This document shows, one piece after another, positions 18,901 to 28,700 of a DNA stretch of 64,000 bases. The DNA is from Bdellovibrionales bacterium (GTDB lineage: Bacteria; Bdellovibrionota; Bdellovibrionia; Bdellovibrionales; UBA1609), in the NCBI GenBank assembly GCA_965261545.1, contig CBDHDF010000002.1:130417-194416 (forward strand). Reading direction: 5' to 3'. The notes under the pieces were generated by a model. The model was not told the DNA's origin, searched no databases, and saw only the letters and a list, made by a program, of their open reading frames with translations. Made by a program: the position numbers and the translations under genes. The first letter of the stretch is position 1; the number at the start of each line of letters is the position of its first letter.

Positions 18901-21790
18901 CATGGGCAATACTCCCGTGCCCACGCCCCCTCGAAGTCTTATGGCAAGCCCTAGGGATACAGGAGCTTATTTAACTTGGAAAACTCCTTTCAGTGATAAT
19001 GGCAGTGCCATCACCCACTACGAGTATCAAAAAAGACTCATAGGCGTGAGCAGCTACGAGGATTGGCAGCAGATTCCAACCAGTGCTCCTGGTGGTCTCA
19101 ATAGCACAATTTTTAAGGTGGCAGGTCTCAACAATGATGCATCTTATGTTTTTCAGATACGAGCAATGAGTGGTTCTGGTGGCAGCACCCCCTCCAGTGA
19201 AGCCACCGTCACACCGAAGGCAGCTTTTCAAGCTCCCACGATTCCTCGAAACCTCATGGCAAGCCCCCGGAATGGAGGAGCTTACTTAACTTGGAAAATT
19301 CCTGTCAGTGATGGGGGGAAGCTCATCACCCAATACCAGTATCGAAGAAAGCAGGGAGTGAACAGTTATGATGGTTGGACAGATATTTTGCGGAGCGCTC
19401 CTAGTGAGACCCATGACACAAGCTTTACGGTGATAGGTCTCAGCAATGATCAAGCATACACCTTTCAGTTAAGAGCGGTGAATGCCACCGGAAACAGCGA
19501 GGTTTCCAACGAAATCACCGCGACACCAAAGGCAGCCTCTGAAGTCCCCCAAGCCCCTCGCCTCATTGTAGTTCATCCTCGGAATACGGGAGCTTATCTC
19601 ATCTGGGCTCCTCCGACCCACGATGGTGGAAATCCCATTACTAAGTACCAATATCGAAAAAAAGAAGATTCTAACGCCTACGACAACAACTGGATGGATA
19701 TTTCAAGAAGTGCTCCCGGCCAAATTCACGAAAGAAGCTACAAGGTCACTGGTCTCACCAACGACACGATCGCTTATACCTTTCAAATGCGAGCTGTAAA
19801 TAGAGATGGTAAAAGTTCCGTCTCCAATGAGGTTGTTGGAGTCACCCCCGCACTGGTGACAGCCCATGACCCAGGGATACCTTCCCTCACGGTTTCCCCC
19901 GGCGATAGAGAGGTTTATTTCACCTGGGAGCATGTCAATGATGGTGGATCCCCTGTTAAGTATCAGTATAAAAAGAAATCAGGCGGAGGCAACTTCGGAA
20001 GCACTTGGACAGGTATTCCAGGGAGTGCTTTTGGTGGCATCCATGAAACAAGCTACAAAGTGACAGGCCTCATCAATGGAACAGCCTACACCTTTCAACT
20101 TCGCGCAGTAAGTCTTTTGGACCAGGAGGGAGTGTCCGACGAAGTCAGCGCCACACCAGCCGCAGGCCCCGACGCCCCCGGATCACTCGTTCCAACCTCC
20201 GGAAACAAAGAAGTGAGCTTAGCTTGGACGACTCCCCCCAATGGTGGACAGCCTATTACCAAACACCAATATTGGGCTGCCATAGAGGACTGGAATATCA
20301 TAGCACATGATTGGACCGATATCACTTTGAGTGGAGAAGGTGAAATCAATGTGGCCAGTTTTATTGTACCAAATCTCAACAATGGTTTTGAATACAAACT
20401 GAAACTTCGAGCTGTGAATGATATCTCCAATGGTGCTGCCTCCGACGAGGTGAAATTCACACCCATGGCAGATGCGGCAACACCAAGCTTTCAGGCAGAA
20501 ATAAAGGCCGTTGCCGGATTGGCCGGGACCTATAAAATCAACCCCTACAAAGACATCTCAGGCCTACAAAGCAGCGGAAGCTACACCATCGAGCTCACTG
20601 GCTCTCCTACTGGTATCACCTTCAATAACGCATCGAAGACTTTTTCTTGGAACGCTAACGCTACTACACAAACCTTAGCTGGAACCATCAAACACAGCAG
20701 TGACCCCAACGAGACATATAACTGGGATTTTAACTTCACCCCCATAACCATTCCAAACACTTTGTCCACCGAATCCCGAAATGGCAAAATTGTGTTGTCT
20801 TGGTTGGTCAAGCCGGGAACAACACCCACTTCATTTCAGTATCAAGAAAAAACAGGAACTGGTGCCTATGATGATTGGACCACCATAACCAACAGCGGTG
20901 CCAGGGGCGCCAATAGGCAAAGTTATACGGTGACATCGACCAATGGAGATCTAAAAACTTTTAAACTGCGAGCCTTAGACTCAAGTAGTAGCTCCATTCT
21001 TGATTATTCCGAATCCAAAGGGATCGCCTTCCAGTCCCTTACCAACCTCACAGCGACCACAGGAGAAGCGGACCCTGGCACGGGGGGAACCCGATGGGTG
21101 AGATTGTCATGGACTCGAATGACATCCCAGACCATCCAAAACCTTGTCGAAAAATACGCTTTGGAAGTGTCCTTGGATGGAGGGACCACATGGTGGACGG
21201 CTCCAGAATTCGACCCACCCAGCCCCAGCGGCAACAGCAGAACAGTTTATCACACCTATATTGGTACAGAGACGGGCCAAGGAGAAACATGGAAATTCCG
21301 CATCTCAGCAAAAACCTCCAGCGCCAATGGGGAGGTTCTTTCACCGCCCTCCTCCATTGTGAGTATTTCAACTTCAACTTTTACGAAATTGGATGAAAGA
21401 ATCACCAATGGTGAAATTCGCCTTGTGGGTGGCACAAAGTCCTACTTAGGAGTTGTTCAAGTTGGTTACAAGAACAGCTGGAGAGCCATTTGTGATGACG
21501 GCTGGGATGCCAATGCAGCATACGTCGCCTGCCGCCGTGCGGGCTACTTAGGTACGACCAGTACGACCAATGAAGGAAACCATGGAATTTTATCCTCACC
21601 TCTGAAATCAGCCTACTGGCTCGACGATGTGAAGTGTGATGGGAGTGAAGACTCTCTTCTCGATTGCTCGCACGCCACCATGGGAGTTCACAATTGCAGT
21701 TTGGTGGAAGAAGTGGGTGTGAGCTGTATTGAGGTAATCCCAAGCGACAACGGTTATACCATCGGCCCCAGTCGAGTAAGTGGTTTTTAG
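15956..21790 (+). CDS. Giant surface lipoprotein: about 14 FN3 modules, a conserved C-terminal cassette and an SRCR domain
   Basis: 1944 aa with an RBS aaagaggag 5 nt upstream and a signal ending LSFLSLG-C-QKKK. There are 14 modules of about 95 aa with FN3 signatures (..AYLTW.., GGSPITK[HY]QYRKK, GLTNGTSYTFQ[VL]RA.N..G). Next come a YKINPY-containing module and two degenerate FN3-like modules. The C-terminus is SRCR-like. Confidence 0.9.
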   Translation: MKNLEHMHIKKGSHMKTICNSLILGIIILLSFLSLGCQKKKAWTPRSIKAPQTLVVQPGDRQVTLSWKTSTNSGKKTITSHQYRKKVGTGAYGKWMSIPNSGQGKSHETSFIVTKLTNGTSYTFQVRAINSGGHSAPSNAVTATPRAAAPTAPTGLTANPRSGAAYLIWTASGSPGSSSIIKHQYRMKAVANNGSYKSWTDIPSSAPGQTNATSFTMTGLTNGATYTFQLRAVNRTNNSLPSNEATVTTSDTTQPPTAPRNFTAHPRDKAVLLAWGASSSDGGSLITKHQYQKKQGSGNYGNWTDIPNSAPGETNATSFTLTGLTNGTSYTFQVRATNHNNNTDYYSPASSPVTTTPMVSAQKPEAPTNLTAHSRNAGAYLTWTIGSNGGSPITKHQYRKKQGTNGVYDNWEDIPSSASGETNVTSFTVIGLNNRTTYTFQVRAKNSEGYSLVSNVVTVTPGAVEAPTAPRGLTANPRSGAAYLIWTASGSPGSSSIIKHQYRMKAVANNGSYKSWTDILSSAPGQTNATNFTVPGLTNGATYIFQVRAFNRSNHSPPSNEARVTTSGTTQPPTAPRNLTAHPRDREVRLDWTPSNSDGGSPITKHQYRRKQGANGVYDNWEDIPSSAHGQTNATAFTVRGLTNGTSYTFQLRAKNNTNSNYSGESSPATTTPMASAQKPEAPTNLTADARNGGAYLTWVIGSNGGSPITEHQYRKKQGSGSYDNWTNIPSSASGQANVTSFTVTSLTNGTSYTFQVRAKNSKGESGASTDSPTVTPKTIPTAPTNFSANARDQGVYLTWATRSDGGSPITEHQYRKKQGSGSYENWTNILRSASGEANATSVTVRGLINGTNYTFQVRAKNSEGYSSVSSAVNVSPSGSAPKPPGAPRDLTANPRNGGIYLTWRAPSSDGGNPITKYQYRKKQTTANYDTWDDIKDSAPSGANNTKFMVTGLTNGTSYTLQLRAYNRAGGPGAVSTVTRIPMGNTPVPTPPRSLMASPRDTGAYLTWKTPFSDNGSAITHYEYQKRLIGVSSYEDWQQIPTSAPGGLNSTIFKVAGLNNDASYVFQIRAMSGSGGSTPSSEATVTPKAAFQAPTIPRNLMASPRNGGAYLTWKIPVSDGGKLITQYQYRRKQGVNSYDGWTDILRSAPSETHDTSFTVIGLSNDQAYTFQLRAVNATGNSEVSNEITATPKAASEVPQAPRLIVVHPRNTGAYLIWAPPTHDGGNPITKYQYRKKEDSNAYDNNWMDISRSAPGQIHERSYKVTGLTNDTIAYTFQMRAVNRDGKSSVSNEVVGVTPALVTAHDPGIPSLTVSPGDREVYFTWEHVNDGGSPVKYQYKKKSGGGNFGSTWTGIPGSAFGGIHETSYKVTGLINGTAYTFQLRAVSLLDQEGVSDEVSATPAAGPDAPGSLVPTSGNKEVSLAWTTPPNGGQPITKHQYWAAIEDWNIIAHDWTDITLSGEGEINVASFIVPNLNNGFEYKLKLRAVNDISNGAASDEVKFTPMADAATPSFQAEIKAVAGLAGTYKINPYKDISGLQSSGSYTIELTGSPTGITFNNASKTFSWNANATTQTLAGTIKHSSDPNETYNWDFNFTPITIPNTLSTESRNGKIVLSWLVKPGTTPTSFQYQEKTGTGAYDDWTTITNSGARGANRQSYTVTSTNGDLKTFKLRALDSSSSSILDYSESKGIAFQSLTNLTATTGEADPGTGGTRWVRLSWTRMTSQTIQNLVEKYALEVSLDGGTTWWTAPEFDPPSPSGNSRTVYHTYIGTETGQGETWKFRISAKTSSANGEVLSPPSSIVSISTSTFTKLDERITNGEIRLVGGTKSYLGVVQVGYKNSWRAICDDGWDANAAYVACRRAGYLGTTSTTNEGNHGILSSPLKSAYWLDDVKCDGSEDSLLDCSHATMGVHNCSLVEEVGVSCIEVIPSDNGYTIGPSRVSGF
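16400..18300 (+). repeat. Intragenic segmental duplication: two copies of a three-FN3-module block of about 951 bp (boundaries approximate)
   Basis: ctcactgcaaaccctaggagtggagcggcttatttaatatggacagc... at 16421 recurs at 17372 (offset 951 bp = 317 codons). The first ~55 codons are identical in the translation (APTAP.GLTANPRSGAAYLIWTASGSPGSSSIIKHQYRMKAVANNGSYKSWTDI). Later modules are diverged. Confidence 0.85.
21420..21731 (+). other. SRCR-like domain-coding segment of gene 1
   Basis: GEIRLVGG...GVVQVGYKNSWRAICDDGWDANAAYVACRRAGY...AYWLDDVKCDGSEDSLLDCSH...GVHNCSLVEEVGVSC. It has six Cys and the hallmark R[LV]V.G, W.[TA][IV]CDD.WD, VCRQ-like, WLD.V.C.G.E..L..C, HNC and GV.C blocks. Confidence 0.8.
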
Positions 21791-21834
21791 CTTGCTAAAA
21801 CCACGGGAACAAATTTTCTACCCCACCCATGTGC

Positions 21835-21902
21835 AAAAAGAAAAGACAGAAGAGAAGAAGAAAAGATAGAAAAGAAGAAGAAAAAAGAAAAATAAGGGAG
21901 AA
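21835..21902 (+). other. 68-nt polypurine (A/G) tract forming the leader of the second FN3-SRCR gene
   Basis: aaaaagaaaagacagaagagaagaagaaaagatagaaaagaagaagaaaaaagaaaaataagggagaa has only 3 pyrimidines in 68 nt and ends in the RBS agggag. Confidence 0.9.
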
Positions 21903-21908
21903 TCAACA

Positions 21909-24900
21909 ATGATAAATTTTAGGCATATAAGTAATAATATGCATATAACTTGTAAGTTTTTTCACTTCTATAAGAGCCTTCATTTTTGTCTCATTGTTAC
22001 ACTGTTGTCTTTTTTATGCTTAGGTTGTCAGAAAAATAAAATGCAAAGCCCCATCTTTACGAAGAAGACGCCACCCCTAGGGGCGCCACCTCTAGAGGCA
22101 CCCCCCTTAGAGGCGCCACCTCCTTCGACTCCGACCCCCCAAACCTCTACAGCCCCCACAAATCTCAGTGCCAACCCTAGGGATCAAAAGATTCATTTGG
22201 CCTGGACAACTCCTAACAACAATAGTAGCAGCCATCCCATTACCAGCCACGAGTATAGACAAAAGCAAGGAACAGGAGGAGCCTATGGAAACTGGGTGAG
22301 CATTGCAAACAGTGGCCCCGGTGAAAACAGGGCCACAAGCTTCACACTGGAGGGGCTCACCAATGGAGTCTCCTACACCTTTCAATTACGAGCGGTGAAC
22401 AACGGCGGCCCCACTTCCTCCCCCCCCTCCAACTCTGTCACAACCAGCCCCGTGACAGCCACCCAAGCCAGCTCTCCTAGAGCTCCCAGAGACCTCAGAG
22501 CAAACCCTAGGAATCAAGGAGTTTATTTAACCTGGGCCATTCCTAGCAGTGACGGTGGAAGCTCCATCACCAAGTACCAGTATCAGAAAAAACTAACAAC
22601 TACAGCCAACTACGGTACTTGGGAAAATATCCCAAACAGCGCCCCTGGTCAGGAAAATGCCACAAGCTTCACAGTGATGGGACTCACCAATGGTCAATCT
22701 TATCATTTTCAGATGCGAACGGTGAATCGTCCCGGCAGCGGAACCCCCTCACTCCCTGTGACTGGCATGGCGAAAAGAATCACCCCCGCACCCTCAGCCC
22801 CTAGGAGATTCCTAGCAAGCCCGAGGGACACAAAGGCTTATTTAATTTGGAAGACTCCTTTCAGCGATAATGGAGAACCCATCACCACCTATGAGTATAG
22901 ACAAAAACAGGTCGACGCCGCAGACTATGGAGATTGGCAAGGAATTCCAAACAGTGTCCCTGGTGACCTCAATAGCACAAGCTTTACAGTGACAGGTCTC
23001 ACCAATGATCAAGCCTACATCTTTCAGTTGCGAGCTGTGAGTCGTTCTGGTAACGGTCTTCCCTCCAGTGAAGTTATCGCCACACCCACCGCAACCTCTC
23101 AAGCTCCTATGATGCCAAGGAATCTCGCTGCAAACCCTCGAAATAAAGGTGTTTATTTAACCTGGACCCATCCCATTCATGACGGTGGGAATCTCATCAC
23201 CAAGTACCAATATCGAAAAAAAATGGGAATCACGGAAATCAATAGCTACGGTGATTGGCAAGATATTTCGGACAGTGCTCCCGGTGAGGCCACAAATTAC
23301 ACAGTGACAAGTCTTACCAATAATCAAGCCTACACCTTTCAATTGAGAGCGGTGAATATCACTGGGAACAGCGGGGCCTCCAAGGAAGTCATCGTGACGC
23401 CCATGGCCAATTCTCAAGCCCCCCAAGCCCCCAGAAACTTCAATGTAGGCCCTAGAGAGGCCGAAGTTTACTTAACCTGGACTCCGCCCATTCACGATGG
23501 GGGACATCCCATCACGAAGTACCAATATCGAAAAGCAGATGGCAGCGGCGATCCACTAGTTTTCGAAAATTGGGTGGATATCCCAGTAAGTGCTCCCGGT
23601 GAAGTCCATGAAAGAAGCTATATCGTGACTGCTGGCCTCAACCCTTTCTCCACTTATTTCTTTGAAGTGAGAGCGGTGAATATCACTGGCAACAGTCCCT
23701 CCTCCAACCAAGTTGCTGATATCTCGCTCTTCGCAGCCGCCGCTATCGCCCCAACATACACATTCAATCTCAGTATCGCCCCTGGAGATCGCAAAGCCCA
23801 TTTAACTTGGACTCGTACTTTTGGTCATGACGGTGGAAGTCCCATTATTAAGTACCAATATGCAAAGCGCCTATCTACAGACACTACTAGTGTAGACCAA
23901 TGGGTAGATATTGTAGGAAGTCATTTTGGAGGCATCCATGAAACAAGCTACACGCTGACAGGTCTCACCAATGACGCAAATTACATCGTGAAATTGCGAG
24001 CGATGAACAAAATAGGTCATAGCCAAGCTAGTGAGAGTAACACATTCATGCCCTTTGCCCCCCCCACCCCTCCTGGTGCCCCCAGATCATTCATTGCGAC
24101 CACAAACAATGGCGGAGTGGATTTAACTTGGAAGTCGCCCCTCGACGATGGTAATGGTACCATCACTAAATACCAATACAAAATCTTTGTAGAGGGCTGG
24201 AACGTCATCCTTGATTGGCAAGACATCAGTGGCAGTGGAGCCACCAGTTTTAACCTACCAAGCCTCAGCACGGGCTTTAAGTACAAATTTAACCTGCGAG
24301 CTGTGAGTACCCACCATAGTTCCAGCACGAGGAACATTCATGGTAAGGCTGCTGAGACAATACTCACACACGAAGCAGCACCGAGGACCCTCCTCGACTT
24401 TAATCCATCCATAAAGGTTATTCTTGGCATCGCTGATTCCTATAAAATCAACCCCTACAGAGACATTGTAGGCTTACACAGCGATGGAAATTACATTATT
24501 AATGTAATTTCCCATCGAGACAGTATTACCTACAATTCTGCCCTGAAAACTTTAAGTTGGCCATCCATATCTATAGATTCACCCGATAACCGAAGGGGTG
24601 ACCGGTTGGAAGGAACCATTCAACATAGTTCTGATCTCAATCAACAGCATACATGGGGTTTTGACTTTAAATTTTTTAACATTATCGACACTCTGTCCAT
24701 CCAATCCCAAGATGGAAACATTGTGTTGTCCTGGACTGTGGACCCGGGCGTTATACCTGACTTATTCCAATATCGAGAGTACAGGGGACCGGAGTATCAT
24801 GCAGGCTGGGCGAACATACCCAACAGCGAAGACGGACAAAAAAACAGGAAAAGCTATACCCTTCCATTGGTAAATGGGACTGTCAAATCCTTTCAAGTGA

Positions 24901-25724
24901 AAGGCATTTTATCCAACGGCAACCACACGCTCATGACCTACCTGCCAGTCAAAGGAATGGCTCTGCCCGCCCTCACCAATTTAACAACCTCCACAGGGGA
25001 GGCCAATCCTGGCACTGGGGGAACCCGGTGGGTGAAATTGTCATGGAATCAAGCGGCAAGTGCACTCATCAACCTCATCGAAAAATATGTTTTGGAAGCC
25101 TCCCTAGATGGAGGGACCACATGGTTTAAGGCTGCAGAAATCCCACGACCCGGCTCTTCCTACAATACGGTCTTTCACACCTATATTGGCAAAGAGTCCG
25201 GCAAGGGAGAAGTATGGAAGTTCCGTGTCTCATCAAAAACCAACGGAGACAGTGGATACGCGGTTTCACCAGCTTCCTCTATTGTGAGTATTTCAACTTC
25301 AACTTTTACGGCCTCGAACCCAAGAATGAACGACGGTGAAGTTCGCCTTGTCGGCGGAACAAGTCCCAACTCGGGACTTGTTTACATGGCATACAATAAC
25401 AGTTGGAGAGCCATTTGTGACACTGCTTGGAATGACCATAACGGCGGTGTGGCATGTCGCCAGATGGGCTATCCAGGTGTGGAAACTTCTGTAGCCAACC
25501 ATGGAAGAATATTATCTGCACCTCTTCATTCCGCTTACTGGATGGACAATGTTGCCTGCGATAGTGCAGAAAGCTCCCTTCTCGATTGTCAGCACTCCAC
25601 ACCCATAGGAACTCATAATTGCGATTTGACGAACGCCATAAGTATCACCTGCACCGATATCGACGCAAACAATAACAACGACTACACCATTGGCCCTCCG
25701 GCCCGAGAGGGAACTGACTTTTAG
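21909..25724 (+). CDS. Giant surface lipoprotein paralog: Pro-rich linker, about 7 FN3 modules, conserved cassette and SRCR
   Basis: 1271 aa with a signal ending LSFLCLG-C-QKNK and a linker PPLGAPPLEAPPLEAPPPSTPTPQ. It has seven FN3 modules and the same YKINPY / TGEA.PGTGGTRWV.LSW / WKFR.S.KT cassette. The SRCR-like end reads GEVRLVGG...WRAICDTAWNDHNGGVACRQMGY...YWMDNVACDSAESSLLDCQH...HNC...ISITC. Confidence 0.9.
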   Translation: MINFRHISNNMHITCKFFHFYKSLHFCLIVTLLSFLCLGCQKNKMQSPIFTKKTPPLGAPPLEAPPLEAPPPSTPTPQTSTAPTNLSANPRDQKIHLAWTTPNNNSSSHPITSHEYRQKQGTGGAYGNWVSIANSGPGENRATSFTLEGLTNGVSYTFQLRAVNNGGPTSSPPSNSVTTSPVTATQASSPRAPRDLRANPRNQGVYLTWAIPSSDGGSSITKYQYQKKLTTTANYGTWENIPNSAPGQENATSFTVMGLTNGQSYHFQMRTVNRPGSGTPSLPVTGMAKRITPAPSAPRRFLASPRDTKAYLIWKTPFSDNGEPITTYEYRQKQVDAADYGDWQGIPNSVPGDLNSTSFTVTGLTNDQAYIFQLRAVSRSGNGLPSSEVIATPTATSQAPMMPRNLAANPRNKGVYLTWTHPIHDGGNLITKYQYRKKMGITEINSYGDWQDISDSAPGEATNYTVTSLTNNQAYTFQLRAVNITGNSGASKEVIVTPMANSQAPQAPRNFNVGPREAEVYLTWTPPIHDGGHPITKYQYRKADGSGDPLVFENWVDIPVSAPGEVHERSYIVTAGLNPFSTYFFEVRAVNITGNSPSSNQVADISLFAAAAIAPTYTFNLSIAPGDRKAHLTWTRTFGHDGGSPIIKYQYAKRLSTDTTSVDQWVDIVGSHFGGIHETSYTLTGLTNDANYIVKLRAMNKIGHSQASESNTFMPFAPPTPPGAPRSFIATTNNGGVDLTWKSPLDDGNGTITKYQYKIFVEGWNVILDWQDISGSGATSFNLPSLSTGFKYKFNLRAVSTHHSSSTRNIHGKAAETILTHEAAPRTLLDFNPSIKVILGIADSYKINPYRDIVGLHSDGNYIINVISHRDSITYNSALKTLSWPSISIDSPDNRRGDRLEGTIQHSSDLNQQHTWGFDFKFFNIIDTLSIQSQDGNIVLSWTVDPGVIPDLFQYREYRGPEYHAGWANIPNSEDGQKNRKSYTLPLVNGTVKSFQVKGILSNGNHTLMTYLPVKGMALPALTNLTTSTGEANPGTGGTRWVKLSWNQAASALINLIEKYVLEASLDGGTTWFKAAEIPRPGSSYNTVFHTYIGKESGKGEVWKFRVSSKTNGDSGYAVSPASSIVSISTSTFTASNPRMNDGEVRLVGGTSPNSGLVYMAYNNSWRAICDTAWNDHNGGVACRQMGYPGVETSVANHGRILSAPLHSAYWMDNVACDSAESSLLDCQHSTPIGTHNCDLTNAISITCTDIDANNNNDYTIGPPAREGTDF
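25335..25655 (+). other. SRCR-like domain-coding segment of gene 2
   Basis: Same six-Cys SRCR pattern as in gene 1, read from the translation. Confidence 0.8.
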
Positions 25725-25776
25725 GAGAAAATTAAGAAGAAATACAAGACCCCCACTGAAAAACATGTAAGAGGCT

Positions 25777-28700
25777 ATGATTATGAATATTATTTGCAAA
25801 ATCCGTAATTCTTATAAAAAAATTCATTTATATCTCATTGTCATCATGATTTCTGCTTTATGTTTAGGTTGCCAAAAAAAGAAAAAGTGGAAGTCCATCA
25901 CTCAGGCTCCCACCACCTCTGCTCCAGTTGCACCCGCTTCCGTACCACAGCAATCACCACCTAGTTCGCCCACACCACAGCCACCACCTGTGTCACCTGT
26001 TTCCCAGCAACAGCAACTCCCACCACCTAGTTCGCCTGCACCACAGCCACCACCTGTTTCCCAGCAACAGCAACTCCCACCACCTAGTTCGCCTGCACCA
26101 CAGCCACCACCTGTTTCCCAGCAACAGCAACTCCCACCACCTAGTTCACCCGCACCACAACCACCACCTGTTTCCCAGCAACAGCAGCAACCACCACCTG
26201 TTCCTCTCGCACAGCAACCCCCTACAGCCCCCAAAGACCTCATGGCAAGCTCTAGAGATACAAGGGTTTATTTAGAGTGGAAGGCTCCTAGCAGTGGTGG
26301 AGGCACAATCACCCATTACCAGTTTCGAAAAAAACCACGCGGCTCACATGAGTATCATGCATGGAAAAATATTCCAAACAGTGGGCCTGGCGGAAGCAAC
26401 AATGCGAGCTTCGGAGTTGGAAGTCTTACCAACAATCATATCTATTATTTTCAGGTGCGGGCGGTGAACAGTGCCCGCCACGGCCCCGCTTCCCGTGAGG
26501 TCGGTGCCAAACCTTCGAGTTTCCCTCGATCTCCCAACTCCCCCCGACTCATTGGAGCCATCCGCCACAGGGGAAATGTTCATTTAACCTGGGACCCACC
26601 TACGGATGATGGTGGAAGCCCTATTGTAAGATACGGGTATTACATACAACACGACGGTAGTAACTACGATAATATTCGTTATAAGAATATTCCCGAAAGT
26701 GGCCCCGGCGAGGTTCATGAAAGAAGTTATCTGGTGGAAGAAAATCTCGCCCGTAATAGTTACCACTTTTTCATAATAGCTTTCAATATGGACGGCCAGA
26801 AGTCCGATCATAGCCGAACATACTCAGTCAACATACCATATCACCATCTGGCTGAGTTCCGCCAAGCGGCAACCTCCCCCCGGAGCCCCCCTCACAACTT
26901 AACTGGCACCGCAAGGGACAAAGAAATTTATTTAAAATGGGGATTTACTTCAAATCATAATAATGGCGGAAAGCCCATCACCCACCACCAGTATCGAAAA
27001 AAAGCAGGAACTGGCTCCTACGAAAGCTGGGTCAACATTCCAAACAGTGCTTTCAGTAAGGCCCATGACAGAAGTTATATGGTGACAGGTCTACAAAATA
27101 ACACGGAATACACCTTTCAGGTACGATCTGTGAATTCTGTGGGTGAAAGTTCAGCATCCAATGAGGTGGCTCTCACTCCGAGGGCATGGGTCCGCCCCCC
27201 TCTTCCCCGAGCCCCTTTGGCCCCCCAAGCCTTCACCGCTGAAAATACATGCACCGACGTCTCAAGAGAACTCAGAACCCATTTATCTTGGAAATCCCCC
27301 CTCGATTCTGGGACCAGCCCCATCACCAAATACCAATATCGAGCCGAAATAGAAGGTTGGAATATAGTAACACAGGATTGGACAGATATACCTCCTGAAA
27401 GAGGCACTCTCTTGCCAAAAAGCCATAGCACCACGGACATCCATTATGGCTTGGAATACACATTTAAAGTTCGGGCTGTGAGTAAGGTCTCTCCCGGTCT
27501 CCCATCCACTGGTCAGAAGGTGACACCAAAGAAGTGGAGGGTTGGAAAAAGAGATATCGGCTTTCAACCATCCCCAAAGGTCGTTGCGGGAATCGCTGGG
27601 AGCTATAAGATCAATCCCTACAGGGACATTCCCAGTTTACCACAAGGGGGAACTTGCACCATAGCACTCACCGAAGGTAGAGGTTTCTCCTACGAGGACA
27701 CAAGCAAGGTTTTGTCTTGGCCATCTTCAATAACTGTGGGGGCAAAAGCCCTAGAAGGGACGATACAATGCTCTCCAAACAACCTCATGTATTGCACAAA
27801 CTTGTCGAACCCCAGCGACACCACCCCACCGCCCCCCCATGACTGGACTTATAGCCTTGAAGTGATAGAGGCCCTTAACACTCTATCCACCCAATCCAAA
27901 AACGGAAGTATTGTGTTGTCCTGGAAAGTTTCCCCCATGGGTACAGTCCCTCACTCATTTGAATATCGCAAGAAAGCGGGGACGAACAACTATAGAAGCT
28001 GGACCCCCATACCCAACAGTGGTGCTGGGCAAGCCAATAGGGAAAGTTATAGTGTTTCATCGGCCAATGGGGTGATGCAAACATTTGAGTTGCGTGCCAA
28101 GTCTTCCCCCGGCACAAATGCGACTTTTTCTGATTACAATGCCGCCAAAGGGATGGCCCTCCCTGCCCTCACCAATTTCAGAGGGACCACAGGAGAGGCA
28201 GACCCTGGCACAGGGGGGAGCCGGTGGGTAAGATTGTCATGGAACCGAATGAGCAGTTCATACCGAAGTTTCATCGCCAAATATGTTTTGGAAGCGTCCA
28301 TGGATGGAGGAACCACATGGTTTACATCATCTGAATTCAACCCACCCAGAAGTGCCTTGGATGCCTCAGCCACCCACACCTATATTGGCACAGAGTTAGG
28401 TCGAAGAGAGATGTGGAAATTCCGCATCTCAGCGAAAACCTCTAGCACCATGGGGGAGATTCGTTCCATACCTTCCTCCACACTCTCTATCCGCACTTCA
28501 AATTTTAATGCCTTGAACGAAAGAATTGCCAATGGTGAGATTCGCCTTATCCACGGAGGGCGAGACAGAGGGGGCGGAGAAGGAGTGGCTCAGTTTGGTC
28601 ATAGTGGAAGTTGGAGAGCCATTTGTCACGACAGCAGTTGGGGAATAGAGGAAGCACAAGTGGCCTGTCGCCGTGCGGGCTATCCAGGTGCAACCAGCAC

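Noticed and set aside
16094-20466. Numerous antisense ORFs of 60-204 aa inside the first FN3-SRCR gene (for example 17723..18337, 204 aa), and equivalents in the other two paralogs
   Set aside because: They are Gly/Cys/Ser-rich shadow frames of a GC-rich repetitive coding sequence. They recur simply because the FN3 modules recur, have no RBS or recognisable motif, and are fully nested in a much better-supported ORF.
25902-26275. A 113-aa Gly/Cys-rich minus-strand ORF and a 115-aa His-rich plus-strand ORF over the Pro/Gln repeat
   Set aside because: These are alternative-frame readings of the 57-bp tandem repeat. Their periodic low-complexity translation is an artefact of the repeat.
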